From contig OZ024742.1 in the NCBI GenBank assembly GCA_964016885.1, positions 223,386,001 to 223,450,000 on the forward strand: DNA of 64,000 nt. The letters run 5' to 3'. The translations under genes were made by a program, and so were the position numbers. Source of the DNA: Eledone cirrhosa. Taxonomy: Eukaryota. This document shows, piece after piece, positions 25,901-38,900 of this stretch (positions are counted from its first letter, which is position 1; each line of letters starts with the position of its first letter). The notes beneath the pieces were generated by a model. It was not told the origin of the DNA. It saw only the letters and a list, made by a program, of their open reading frames with translations, and did not search any database.

Positions 25901-26280
25901 AATGTGTGTGTCAATATATTAATGTGTGTGGTCAACATATTAATGTGTGTGGTCAATATATTAATGTGTGTGTCAATATATTAATGTGTGTGATCAATAT
26001 ATTAATGTGTGTGGTCAATATATTAATGTGTGTGGTCAATATATTAATGTGTGTGCCAACATATTAATGTGTGTGCCAACATATTGTGTGTGGTCAATAT
26101 ATTAATGTGTGTGGTCAATATATTAATGTGTGTGGTCAATATATTAATGTGTGTGGTCAATATATTAATGTGTGTGCCAACATATTAATGTGTGTGATCA
26201 ATATATTAATGTGTGTGGTCAATATATTAATGTGTGTGCCAACATATTAATGTGTGTGCCAACATATTGTGTGTGCTAAC
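19920..26280. repeat. Satellite array of 19-22-bp monomers (gtcaatatattaat(gt)n g)
   Basis: Hundreds of tandem units with a homogeneous centre and diverged edges, interrupted by an RTE fragment at 20218-20819. Confidence 0.98.
20218..20819 (-). mobile_element. RTE family B copy, 5'-truncated with internal deletion, nested in the satellite
   Basis: (CAT)n tail and 3' UTR joined at 'gacgccag|gacctt' directly to RT sequence (GVHQGSVLSP...YADD, ORF 20620-20829). Confidence 0.95.
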
Positions 26281-28706
26281 ATTCTGATATGCGTGGCACC
26301 AATATGACTGCACGGCCATGCAGCCATACAGCTTAGAGGGACCGGACCGTTAATCAGCAGACAACAGACCTGCTGTATTTCACAGTAGAATTACCAAACT
26401 AACCATATCAATCAAGTAAACTTCATTGGTTGACATTAAATCTACTTCTATTGTTGCTGTAATGTCTCAGTCTGTTCCCATTACTAATGTTTCACACACA
26501 CTGGCAGTTAACACAACTTCACAAATGACACTAAAACTAAAGACCTTAGTTCAGTTTATTTCAATGATACTAGCTTATTTTTAGTAACTAGTGTGAGTGG
26601 GTACATTTTTTAATATTTACACTTCCTTTTATATCAAGCTGCCTGAAACTACCTCTGTTTCTATGATACAAAACAATTTTTATGTGTTTATATTTATCTC
26701 AAAACCTACCATTATATTTTTATATAATGTGTAAGTTATGTTCCAAACACCCGTTTAATAATGGGAAAGTTATTTGTATTACTAAATCCCTCCAAATTCT
26801 TGATTATTTTCAAAATGATTTGAAAATAATAGGCAGTGTCTTTCATTGGAAATATGATAATGAAAAGGTTTAGGTGTTTATATTTATCTAAAGACCTTCC
26901 ATCATAATTTTGTATAAGAAACTTTGTTCTAACACCAGCTTAATAATGAGAAAGCTATATTACTAAATTACTTCAAATTCATGATTATATGAAACTATTC
27001 AAAAATCATAGGTAGTGTCATTTATTAGAAATATGGTAACAAAAGAATTAAGGAGATTTTTCTTTTCTTTTCTTCTTTTACAGTTTAGTCAGAGAAGGAA
27101 GGGCAGTTCCCATGACTCTTTTCAGTGCCTTCAAGATTGGTGAGAGTGATGAAAAAAAGGAGTTCTTAAATTGGAAACCTTGTCTGAATGCATGGACTCT
27201 GCTAAATACACCCAAGAACCAGGTGGTGATGTTAAAATGGGTGATGGATTAAATTTGCCACCCAAGTAGGCCACAGTGGAATTTGAACTGAGAACACAAA
27301 AACGCTACAAAGCATCACATCCGATGCTCTGACAATTCCACCAATCCACTAACCTAAACTGGTACTTTATTTTATTTAAGCAAACAGGAATGAAAGGTAA
27401 AGTTGACCTCAGCAGTTGGCAGAATCAGTAGAGTAACAGACAAAATGTCTTGTGGTATTTATTTATTTATGTACCTTTATATTTTGAGTTCATATCTGCC
27501 TGAGGTCGATACAATGACAAGCATTTTACAACTTCAAAAGGATGAAAGGCAAAGTTGATCTCAACAGGGTTTCAGCAAATACCACAAAACTTTTAATTCA
27601 ATATTCTAATGGTTCTGCCAATTCTTTGCCAAATGAAAGGAGTAGCATTTGATATTAATAATGAAAGAAAGAACATGTGCAGCACTTGAAACAAGGGTAA
27701 CTAAATGGAAGGGGATCATAATAGCTACTTATTTGATAACACAAAAGAAATAATAGGAACTATAACCAACAGGAAATGTTGAAATAAGTCAGGTAGAATG
27801 ACAGTAAATCAATAGGTGAACTGCTATAATTACAACCATGCAACGTAGTAGTAGTGGTGGAAGTAGTAGTAGATGAGGCCCTTTAAACAACCTATATATA
27901 TATATGTATGTAGGCGTGGATATGTAGTTGTGTGGATTGTTGTAATATTTCATATGATCCAATCTATGTCAAAGGTGAAGTTATTGTTACTATAATAACA
28001 GCAATACCAAGTTGTTAAGAAAGAAGAACAGTTTATGCAGTTGATGGCGACAAAAGATATATTAGAAGGTTTTACTGTAAAGTGTACTCTAACATTAAAT
28101 GACAGATTCTGTATGAAGGACCCCGATCCTCACCAAAAAATAAAATAACAAAAAGAAAACAAAAATTGCTAATTATTAGAGACCTTGATTATTGATTAAC
28201 CCTTTCTTTATTTTTTTTTTAAAATGCACAACTGACACCTGTACAAGTTTAGCTAGCCTCCTACAAAGGACCCTAATAGCCTCTAATAGGACATTTCTTT
28301 GGTATTTTAATGATAGGGGTCCAGGTCATCCCATTATGTTGTTACAGCTCACATCTGTGCAGGTTTTGCTAGTTTCGTATGAGGTCATATCCAATAGGAG
28401 GTTCCTTGGGAGTTTTAATGATGAGGGACCCTAGTCCTACCATATCGTTGCAACTTATCATATATACATGTGTGTGTGCGTGTGTGCGTTTATATTCATT
28501 GTTTATTTATGTCCCACAACTTAGTCTTTTGACAAATAGATAAAGATTGATAAACTAAGTACCAGACTTGAAAAAAAAAGTACTGGTATCGATATGATTG
28601 ACAAAATTCCTTGAAGGTGGTGCCCCAGCATTGTCACTGACTAATGACTGAAGCCAGTAAAATCAATAAAAGAAATAAAATATATAGAAATATGATATCT
28701 ACTTAC

Positions 28707-28964
28707 CAATGCCAAACGGGGGTTGAGAAGTCTGGCTTTTTGAGCATCAGCCAAGCTCTCGGCATGTTTATGGAGGTTAGCAAAAGATGCAGATCTATAT
28801 ACAAAAAGATGGGCATTCTGAGAATCAATGCCAATTGCTTCAGTATAAAGTCCAACGGCATGATTGAAGTTTCCATTAGATATAGCTTCATTGCATTCCT
28901 GAAGTATATGTTCCACTTCACTTCTGTTGTTAGAAGAAATACAGTGAGCATCATGACTCTCCAC
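28707..28964 (-). CDS. TTC28: Internal coding exon of a tetratricopeptide-repeat protein, TTC28-like (first TPR motifs)
   Basis: 86 codons, VESHDAH...ECNEAISNGNFNHAVGLYTEAIGIDSQNAHLFVYRSASFANLHKHAESLADAQKARLLNPRLAL. Acceptor ttgttttttctctaAG, donor GTAAGT, phase 0/0. Resembles the recalled TTC28 N-terminus (SNQAC..GDFHTAI.LY.EAL..DPQN..LYSNRSA...AL.DA.KARLLNP). Confidence 0.8.
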
Positions 28965-29045
28965 CTTAGAGAAAAAACAATAAAACAAAAATAGAATGAA
29001 TTAACTCTTAACATCCTGTAATGATTTAGCAGAAGATATCTAAAA

Positions 29046-29315
29046 TCATCATCATCACTGCTTTACATCCTTTCTTCCACGCTAGTATGGGTTAGACAAA
29101 TTGTCCTGTTGTTGGCAATGCTAGGTCAGGTGACCATGCCTTATACAGAACTAATTTTGGCTTGGTTTCTAGTTGGATGCCCTTCCTAAAGCCAACCTCA
29201 TTTACAGTGAGTACTGGGTGTTTTTTGTCATGACACCTACACGACCACTTTACAGTGTGGACTGGGTGCTTTTTGTCATGACGCCTACACGACCACTTTA
29301 CAGTGTGGACTGGGT
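29046..29315 (-). mobile_element. RTE 3' UTR insertion with TSD
   Basis: (CAT)n tail and 3' UTR, flanked by direct repeat ctaaaat. An uninterrupted version of the target sequence occurs near 58226-58365. Confidence 0.85.
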
Positions 29316-29736
29316 GCTAAAATGGGTTTATTAATTCAAATGTTTATAGTAGTTTTACTACTGGACAGATCATTGCAAACATATGTAGTATTAGAGTAAA
29401 GATTTTAATGTGTAATGTAAGTGATCATGAATGACAAAGCACAGACGAGCTGTGACAAAAAAATGGGCAAAGGTGTTTTAACTACAACCATCTCATTTCT
29501 AAAGAATGTATGTAAAACCTGATGTTTGTCTTTGAGGCAAGCTTTTTTCAAATACACTGATTTCCAAATAATAAATATTGCTAATATATCAAATACCATT
29601 TGTAAACAATTGTTAACAACGCATATTTGCAATCCTGCTATTTGAAATGAGTATTTTTAAGCTTAGTAAAAATTTTCTAAAAATGTGTTCTCATGTATAA
29701 TTACATTAATGTCAGTTTAAAATTTCTTGTATTATA

Positions 29737-30172
29737 CAGAAACAGCTGTCTGGCATTCTCACTAGCTACTGAGGTAGCTGTGACATGATCACAGCTTAAG
29801 ATATTCATAGTGAGATTCTTATATGTATATTGTACACAAACTTATATATTCTTTCATATACACTTTTATTATAAACCACACTATGTAAGTGCTATTGCTG
29901 ATTAATCCTAGCCAGTCAAGTTCACTCTATATGCAAATGAGCATCTCTAGCTCATGTTTCATAGGCTTTAGCCTATTTGCATCTCACTTCCAAGTGATTA
30001 AATGTCACCAATGAAGAATAAAAATCCAGAAACAGCTGTCTGGCAGTAGCCATGACATGTCCATAGCTTAACACATTCATAACAAGACATTTAAATGTTT
30101 ATAATACATTAACATATATTCTTTCATATACAACCCGATTATGAACATCGCTATGTTAGTGCTACTGCTAAT
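29737..30172 (+). repeat. 290-bp-period direct repeat with hammerhead remnants (pLTR-like)
   Basis: Two diverged copies begin cagaaacagctgtctggca (29737, 30027). The second is preceded by tgtca-ccaatga-...-GAAA-cagctg-TC-tggca. Confidence 0.6.
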
Positions 30173-30689
30173 TTATATATTAGAAAATATGGTAATTAAT
30201 CAAAATTGAGTTTACTTCATTAGAAATACAGTAAAAAATGGGCTGAACGGTATTTGCAATCTTGCCATTTGAAATGAGTGTTTTTTAAACATAATAAACA
30301 TTTCTGAAAATGTGTACTTATACGACCCCTCTTTCTCTCTTTGTTTTTTGCTCTTCACTATAGTTCAACATTTCCCATATTATACACAAGAAAATACAGT
30401 AAATAAACAGTCGAGCAACTCTGTTATTTCACTTTTACTGAAATGGATATGGTAATGGCATTTATTAAAACGATATAAACATAATTATGTAAGTGTTTTA
30501 TGAGCTCTTACAAATTTATTAATGTTTTGTCAAGTTGCTTAAATTATCATAAAGTGGTTAACATGAAAAATATTACACCTTAAGACACATTAATTATATC
30601 AATAAATCAAGATAAATTACTTATTTGTGCTCTCATCTACCCTCACCCGTTACTACCTTTCTGTGCTGTCAATGTCATAATGACCTCTT

Positions 30690-31145
30690 CAGTGCTGGTG
30701 CTATGATAAAATGCACCCAGTACACTTTGTAAAGCGATAGTGCTAGTGCTATCATAAAATGTACCAAGTACACTTTGTAACGTGGTGCTAGAACTATGAT
30801 AAAATGCACCCAGTACACTCTGTAAAGTGGTGGTGCTAGTACTAATATAAAATACACCCAGAATAATCTGTAAAGTGGTAGTGCTGTGCCACAATAAAAG
30901 GCACCCAGTTCACTTTGTAAAGCAGTACTGGTGTTATGATAAAACGCACCCAGTATACTCCTTGAAGTGGTGGTTCTGGTGTTATGATAAAATAATTGAA
31001 GTCTACTCTCTAAATTGGTAGTGCTGGTGCCACAATAAAATGCATCCTGTATACTTTGTAAAGTGGTGGTTCTGATGCTATGATAAAATGCACCCAGTAC
31101 ACTCTGTAAAGTGGTAGTGCTGGTGCCACAATAAAATGCACTCAG
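30690..31145. repeat. 48-bp minisatellite derived from an RTE 3' UTR unit
   Basis: About 9 diverged copies of aaaatgcacccagtacactctgtaaagtggtagtgctggtgcyayrat, similar to the unit repeated in RTE 3' UTRs. Confidence 0.85.
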
Positions 31146-31974
31146 TTCAAATAATTTCGAAAGTAATCAAGAATTTAAAAGGTTTTTGTTATATAACTAA
31201 CTTGCTTATTATTAAGATGGTGCTTGGAGCATAGAAGTTAGAGGTTCATAAAATTATAATTAAAGCTTTTTAGAATACAATAAAGCATTCTATCCAGTGT
31301 TCTTATAACTCTAGTAATGTGCCACCTATATAATTCATCTAAAAAGCTTCAATCATAATTTAACCCTTTTGATAACCTTATGGAAACTGGCTCTTGTTCT
31401 ATGAAATAAAACCACCCATTTTAAACAGTTCCTACTAAAATTAAAGTTTTCCAATGTAATTTTCCATAAAAGCTATATGTTAAGTTACAATCTTAGTAAT
31501 GAAATAATGAATAATATTAAAAAATCCATCAAAATTCTTCATTAATTGAAATAGTGTATTTTGTTAGCAAATATAGTCACAAACAGCTTTATATCATAGA
31601 ACCAGAGATGTTTTCAGGCTGTTTGGTACCTAAACAGTTGAATTTTGGCACCAAAATCATTGTCATATATTTGTATCCATCCATTCATGTGTTATTAAAT
31701 CTTGATAGAATTGTAGGGGTACTGTTGCAGGCATTTTAAACCTGGTGGAGCCCATCCCTCTTCAGGCCTGAACCCAGTCAATTTTTTCCAGAGAAAAAAA
31801 GCAAAAGTGAGAAAGAGAAATAAAGAAAGAATCAACCCCAGTACTGGACTGGTATTTTATTCATCAACCTCGAAAGCACAAAAATGAAAGTTGACAGCAG
31901 GATTTAAACTCAGAACACAGAGAGCTGAAACAAAAACAGCAAAGCATTCTATCATTTCCTGACTATAAAATTAT

Positions 31975-32555
31975 TATCATCATCATCATTTTTACATTTG
32001 CTTTTCCATACTTGCATGGGTTGGATGTATCCTTTTTAGCACAGCATCTTTCGACTCATTGCATTCCTTCATCATCATCTCTGTGAACAGCAATTTGAGA
32101 TCAGCTCTCATTAAACCCAAGTCTTCTACAATTGCTTCCTTCCACTGGGATTTCCTGGCACTTCTTCAGCCAGTGATCATCCATGTGCATCACATGTCCA
32201 TATCAGTGTAGTCGTCATTCTTGCACACTACTTCTGATTCCTCTTATACACAATTGTTCTCTCAGTTCATCCATACTTTGTCGTTCTTGCACATCCATTG
32301 AAATATGCTTGCTTTATTTCTTTCTAGTTCTCGCATATCCTCTGCATGTTTCACTAGTATGCAACTTCATATTTTGCACGTAGGTGTGATACAGCCATCT
32401 TTTGTTGTTGGCAGAGGAAGTAACTTCCTAAACGTTTTCCATCCTTTCCTTATTCTAGCTACTATGCTTTTAGAGCACCCTCCATTGTTAATTAGATCCC
32501 CTTGGTAGCAGAAGCTATCAACTACTTCTATGGATCCTTGATGAGATTGGAAAAC
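31975..32555 (-). mobile_element. Older RTE LINE 3' remnant
   Basis: (CAT)n tail; minus-strand translation VDSFCY.GDLINNGGCSKSIVARIRKGWKTFRKLLPL. Confidence 0.85.
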
Positions 32556-33028
32556 TGTGGTTAGCGTTAGGAAGGGAATTCAATGGAGAAACCATATCAA
32601 ATATAGAATGTATAATTAAGATGAGGTCTTTCTGGTCTGCCACTCAGACCATGACAACCCAGCCAACCCATGCCAGCATAGAAAGTGGACATAAAATACT
32701 AATGATGATAATGATGTCACTGTAAATTTCTTGTTTGCTAAAAAAAAACTATAGACTCCTACACAAAGGAGACAGTATTTCTCAGGTGAGGAAGAAAATG
32801 AGAGTAAATTTGAAACTTGTTTCATTCATTCACTGAATGCAGTCATTCAAAAGTTGACGACAATGGTGTATTTATTGGAATATTGAAGAGGTAGGTGTAT
32901 ATATAACACTGACATACACTGTTTGCTGTGTTTATATATAATAATATTTACTGAAGCAAGAGAGAAATTAGAAACATAAAAATTCACTCAATTTTATAGA
33001 GGCAATGCATATATATATATATATATAT

Positions 33029-33766
33029 AATAATAATGAAAATATTGTGTACAGTGCTCAGGTGCACTACAACTCATTAAAAGTGTATGTATAGTACATA
33101 GGCTAATGTACAAACGTCAGGAAAATGAACAGTGCATGAGTCATGCTATACACATGTGTGCATGTGTATGGAAGGGGGATATCAGGTGTAGTTTTGGCAA
33201 ATTTCGGGAAGCACGAGGGTTTTAAAGGATGCAGTGTCTCGGCAGCTAACAACTGATGCAGGCAGTTTGTTCCATGTTTCAGCAACTTAAAGTGTGAAAA
33301 AATGTTTCCGAAAGTCATGGGAGCTGTGCTGTTTTCTGACTTTGTAGGCATGTCCACGTGTGTTAGACACATGGAGATCAAAAAGGTGCTCAGGGTTGTT
33401 GTTGGGAGATGGTTAATAACTTTGTGGGTGTTTACCAAGTCCATTGCCAGACGTCGGAGCTTCAATGAATCCATGCCCAGGAAAGCAAGGCGTTCAGAGT
33501 ATGGTAGGTGTCTGATGGAGGGTATGCGTTTGGTTGCACGTCTCTGAGCAGCTTCCAGGAGATCAATGTTCTGAGCAAGATAGGGGTTCCAGACTGATGA
33601 TGCAAATTCCAAGTGTGGTCGTACCATAGCTGTATACAGCTTTAAATAGATGGCTGGAGAGCGGCTAACAAAAGTCTTGCTGAGTGATGCCAAGACACCC
33701 TCGGCCTTCTTGACAATTTTAAAGATGTGCTTTGTCCAACGCAAATCGCTGCTGTCAGTAATGCCC
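33029..33766 (-). mobile_element. CR1-clade LINE 3' fragment
   Basis: ORF 33103-33873 contains LRWTKHI...LYTAMVRPHLEFASSVWNPY...QRRATKRIP...YSERL. Same family as 6775-8615. Confidence 0.93.
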
Positions 33767-33992
33767 ATATGTATGTATATATATGCGTGTATTATATATA
33801 TATAAAGAATGAATAATAACAGGTAGACATCATAAAAAGGTAATTTATTCCGTGTGCTTACAAATGTTTCCACGGTGGTACTACAGCCTAGTTATGCTAT
33901 GTGCAAATTTACAAGAATTTGCTTTGCAGAACTCAAATATCCAATGCTGTGACCACTGTATCCTCAGAGCAGAATGGGTAATCCTATACCTA

Positions 33993-34023
<31 letters not shown>

Positions 34024-34592
34024 TAGATATAGATATATATATACATACACACATACACACACATATATGTATGCATATTATATATGTGTGTTTATATATA
34101 ATATACATATATATATGTACACACACACACATATTTATATATATGTGAGTGTGTAGCATATAATACATCAATTATGATTAAAATGTTTGAAGCCTGTTAG
34201 TGAGGTCATTGTTATTTTTTTAAATATACATGTGTGCAGAAAGGTGACAAATTAGCAGAGTCATTAGAATGTCAGACAGAATGATTTGTGATATTTGTTT
34301 CAGTTCTCTGTGCAAAGCTCACCGAGGTCAACTTTACCATTCATCTTTTTAAGGTTAATAAATAAAGTATTAGTCTAGTATTGGCGGTGGTTCTTGCTCT
34401 ATATCTCTTTTACACTTTCTCCCAATCACTTTCTTTTCTACTCTGGAAGAAATTAGCTATGTTCAGAGCTGGAGAGGGGATGGGCTCTGTTAGGTTTAAG
34501 CCTTTAGCATTTCTCTATATATACTATTGCATTTTTGTGGTAAAGGCTTTAGCTTACATAATTATCTCACATAATATCAAATCTATATATTA

Positions 34593-34775
34593 TTTGGCAG
34601 TATCAGTAGAGGGTCGGACGTCATGCTTTGACGCATAGAGTTACGGCCCTTTCCATTCTGAGTTCAAATCCCGCCAAGGTCAACTTTGCCTTTCATCCTT
34701 ACGGGGTTGATAAAATAAAGTACCAGTAATGTACTGGGTAATTGCTGGCCTTGTGCCAAAAGTAGAAACAATTAT
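34593..34775 (+). mobile_element. tRNA-derived SINE (Meta-like)
   Basis: Collinear with 39593-39778; B-box gagttcaaatccc. Confidence 0.85.
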
Positions 34776-35935
34776 TTATTTTAAGAACAATACCTTAACG
34801 TCAGTATGTGAGGATGGTTACGATCAATTTGAACAGAAAGAGGTGAGAAAATTCTGACCGGATATGGCTGGTTTAAATGATAAAGGGTTAAAATTGGTAA
34901 GACATGCTGCAGGACAAAATGGTGTCCCTACGAATCCGCTAGGAGTTACAGATCCATGCATATATACATACATATGTGCAAGCATTGCTGTGTGGTTAAG
35001 AAGTTCACTTTGCAGCAATATGGTTTCATGTTCAATCTTATTGTGTGTCTTTGACTATAGCCATGTGCCATCTAATGCTTTGTGGGTCAAATTTAGTAAA
35101 GGGAAATTGCTGAAGCCCATTGTGAATATATGTGTATGTTAAGGTGAGGGGGTGCCCATGTGTGTTTATGCCCTGTAACTTTCTAGAGATCGATTAAATA
35201 AGTACCAGACTTTAAAAAAAATGAAATATTTTGTTCAATATGATCGACTAAATATGGTAGTGCCCCAGCATGGCCACAGTCTAATAACTGAAACCAGTAA
35301 ACAAGGCATGGCTGTGTGGTTAAGAAGTTTGCTTTGCAGCCATGAGGTCTTGGTTTTGATCCTGATGACCCTCTGGGCTAAGGAAAGACTTTTTTTATGT
35401 CATGCAGTAGCATGGTGTACTATTCTAAACCAGATACAGGTTACTAGTCTTAATTAATGCAAATACCAAATTATATTCCTTAATTTAAACTATATTCTTT
35501 GTTGTATATATAAGAAATTTTACATTAACCAGCCAGAGTTCCTTTTGTCGTCATGTTAATTTATAGTCCTACTTTGTTTCTGACTATTTCATAGAAGCTG
35601 CAGTTTGTTAATAACGACAATACGCCTAGGGAAAAATACTTGAGAGGCGTGTGTTCTGCATACTAAATACAAACAGGGCCTTGCACCTGAGTATGTAGTG
35701 ACCTAGGCTAGCTCTACAATATCTACTTCCTCATCTCCCAGTTATGCACCCCATTCTCCCAAATAAAATAATTTCAACTTTTAGTTTGGTAAGGTGATGA
35801 ACCTACTTTTTGACACTTCTTGCTCTGACAACACTAAGAACATTTTCTGCTGGCATGTGTAGTGTGTATATTGATATTATACGCAGCTATATATACATGT
35901 AGATATGATACATTAAATAAAATCGTAATTGACAA

Positions 35936-38900
35936 TCATCATCATCATCACCGTTTTACGTCCGTTCTTCCACGCTAGCATGGGTTAGACGGGTTGTCCT
36001 GTTGTGGGCAGTGTCTGGTCGGCTGACCATGCCTTGCTCATACAGGAACTGATTTGGCTCGATTTCTACAGCTGGATGCCCTTCCTAACACCAACCTCAT
36101 TTACAGTGAGTGCTGGGTGCTTTTTCGTGGCGCCTACACGTCCACTTTACAGTGTGGGCTGGGTGCTTTTTTGCCGTGGCACCTCCGCGACCACTTTGCG
36201 GTGGGGGTTGTGGGGGCATATTGTCTATATGCTTCAGCTTGTACCCATGGGAGGTCGGGTACTCTGTATTACTGCGTGACGCCAGAAGTCACGGTCATGT
36301 GTCATTGCCTTTGAGAGGTGTAATTGGGTAAGGTCGGCTTTTATCACCTCAACCCAGGTCATCTTGGGTCTCCCCACTCCGCGGTTTCCATCAACTTCTA
36401 GTGCTCTGCACCTTTTTATGCAGCTGTCATCCTTCATACGCATCACATGTCCATACCAGCGCAACTGCCTCTCCTGCACACAGCATTTGATTCCTCTTAT
36501 GCTCAGTCTCTCTCTCAATTCATTTATGCTTTGTCGTTCACGTATATTACTGTTACACATCCATCGGAGCATGCAGGCTTCGTTTCTCTCTAATCTACGT
36601 AATCACTACCATGCAACATCGCTGTTCGGATACACGCATCATACAGTCTGCCTTTCATTCTGAGGGAGAAGCCTTTTGCAGCTAGCAGTGGTAGTAGTTC
36701 CCTAAACTTCTTCCATCCCGTTCTTACCCTAGTTATTGTACTTTCTGAACACACACCTCCGCTGCTAATTCGGTCACCTAGGTAGCAGAAGCTGTCTACT
36801 GTTTCTACAGAGCCCTCCCAGAGATTGGTGGTACTTGTTTCCTGTGGCTGTTTGCTGCTTGCTGTCTCAGCACAGCTGCTGCATGTGAATCCTACATTCT
36901 TAATTAAGCTTCCTGAGATCCCACTACATCTCTTGTGTACCCATTGTTTGCATTTGGGGCAGAGAATGGAGTTCCTACCTACACCTTTCCTACATACTGA
37001 GCAAGGCCATTTCCCTGAGGGGATCTGGGTTCTGTTTTCTCGTCTACTTACAAGGACCTTTGTCTTTGTCATGTTGACTTTGAGACCCTTTCTTTCTAGT
37101 CCCTGCTTCCAAGTTTGGAATTTATTCTCTAGTTCTACTATAGATTCAGCTATGAGTGCGAGGTCATCAGCATACAGGAGTTCCCATGGGCATCCGGTCT
37201 TAAACTCCTCCGTTATTGCCTGCAGGACTATGATGAACAGGAGGGGGCTAAGAACAGAGCCCTGGTGGACCCCAACCTGTACGCTAAATTCCTCGCTATA
37301 CTCATTGCTAATCGTAACTTTGCTGACTGCTCCCCTATACATGGCTTGTACCGCTTTCACAAGCCATTCATCTACTCCTAGTTTTCTAAGAGCCCACCAG
37401 ATTACAGCACGCGGAACTCTGTCAAAGGCTTTCTCAAGGTCGACAAATGCCAAGTAGAGTGGCTTACTTTTAGCTAGGTACTTTTCCTGTAATTGCCTCA
37501 CAAGGAAGAGGGCATCAGTGGTGCCTCTTCCTGGTACAAACCCAAATTGCATCTCGTCTATTTTCACCCGGTCCCTAATCAGCTGTGCTATAACTCTTTC
37601 TGTTACTTTCATGACCTGGTCCATCAACTTTATACCTCTATAGTTTCCTCTATCTAGTGCATCACCTTTACCTTTGTAGCAGTTGACAATGATGCTACTG
37701 CACCAATCTTTTGGTATGGCACCTTCTAGTATTACCTGGTTAACGATACGTGTGGTTATAGTGTGACCTACAGACCCAGATGCCTTCAGCATCTCGGCAG
37801 CTATACCCGATGGACCGGTTGCCTTCCCCATCTTCATATCTTTGATTGCCTTACTTACTACGCTGCTGCTGACTTGTACTGCTGGTCCCTCTATAGGGTC
37901 TACTTGGGGTAGGGTCTCTTCTTCCCATGCATTCTCCTCATTTAGTAATCTATCATAATGACTCTTCCATGCATCTTTCTTCTCAGCACTTGTGAGGGCA
38001 AGCTCACCTTTATCATTCCGGATACACTTCTCTCCAATGACATCACAACTATCTCTGACACACTGCCTCGCAATCTTGAATACCTCCTGTTTCTGGTCCT
38101 CACGTTGCAAAACATGCTTGAATTTTCTATCCTCTGCTTCCCTCCTAGCTAAGTATACTTGTCGCCTAGCTTCCCTCTTGGTCTCTATGTAATGTACCCT
38201 GCTCCCCCCGTTCTTCCATTCTTTCCATGCCTGTCTCTTGGCCTTAACTGCTTCATCTACCTTATTGTTCCACCACCAAGTCACTCTCCTCCTGCTTGAG
38301 GTCTTACTCCAGCCACAGACCTCATCCGTAGCCTCTAGTAAATTATTTTTTAGGAACTCCCAGTTCTCTTCTAGATTAAATGTCTCTATCTGTTCTTCTT
38401 TACTGTCGTAGGCGTTGAGTAAAATATCTTTAAATCTGTTACTGGTTGAGGGGACTTTCAGCTTCCAGATCTTTCTTCTCCAGGTTTGCCTCTGTTTCCG
38501 GGTTCGTCTAGTTCTGACCGTGAGGTCGCTGACAACTAAGCTATGTTGGGATGTACATTCATCACTAGGGAAGGCTTTTGTGTTTACGACCGTCCATCTG
38601 TCACGTCCTCTGATGAGGATAAAATCTAACTGACTAGAGTGCTCCCCTGATCTATAGGTGATCAGGTGGTTGTCGGGTTTTTTAAAGTTTGTGTTACATA
38701 TCGACATGTCATTGGCGTCGCAGAATTCTAGAAGTCTGAATCCTTCCTCATTCCTTGTGCCAACCCCATGGCCTCCATGTACTCTATTGAAGCCGTCGCA
38801 GTGTTTACCTACGTGTCCGTTAAAATCTCCTGCGATGATTAGGAAGTCATTGTCGTCTGTTAGAGCAGTAGTGTGCATTAGGGACTCGTAAAACCTATAC

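Noticed and set aside
20820-26280. CRISPR-like array or Cys/Val-rich ORFs in the tandem array
   Set aside because: No unique spacers, only variable (GT)n lengths; eukaryotic context with no cas genes; the ORFs are translations of the satellite.
36825-37457. Antisense ORFs over RTE copies (e.g. 36825-37457, 43572-44018, 48306-48806)
   Set aside because: Shadow frames of the RT coding strand with no recognisable protein motifs.
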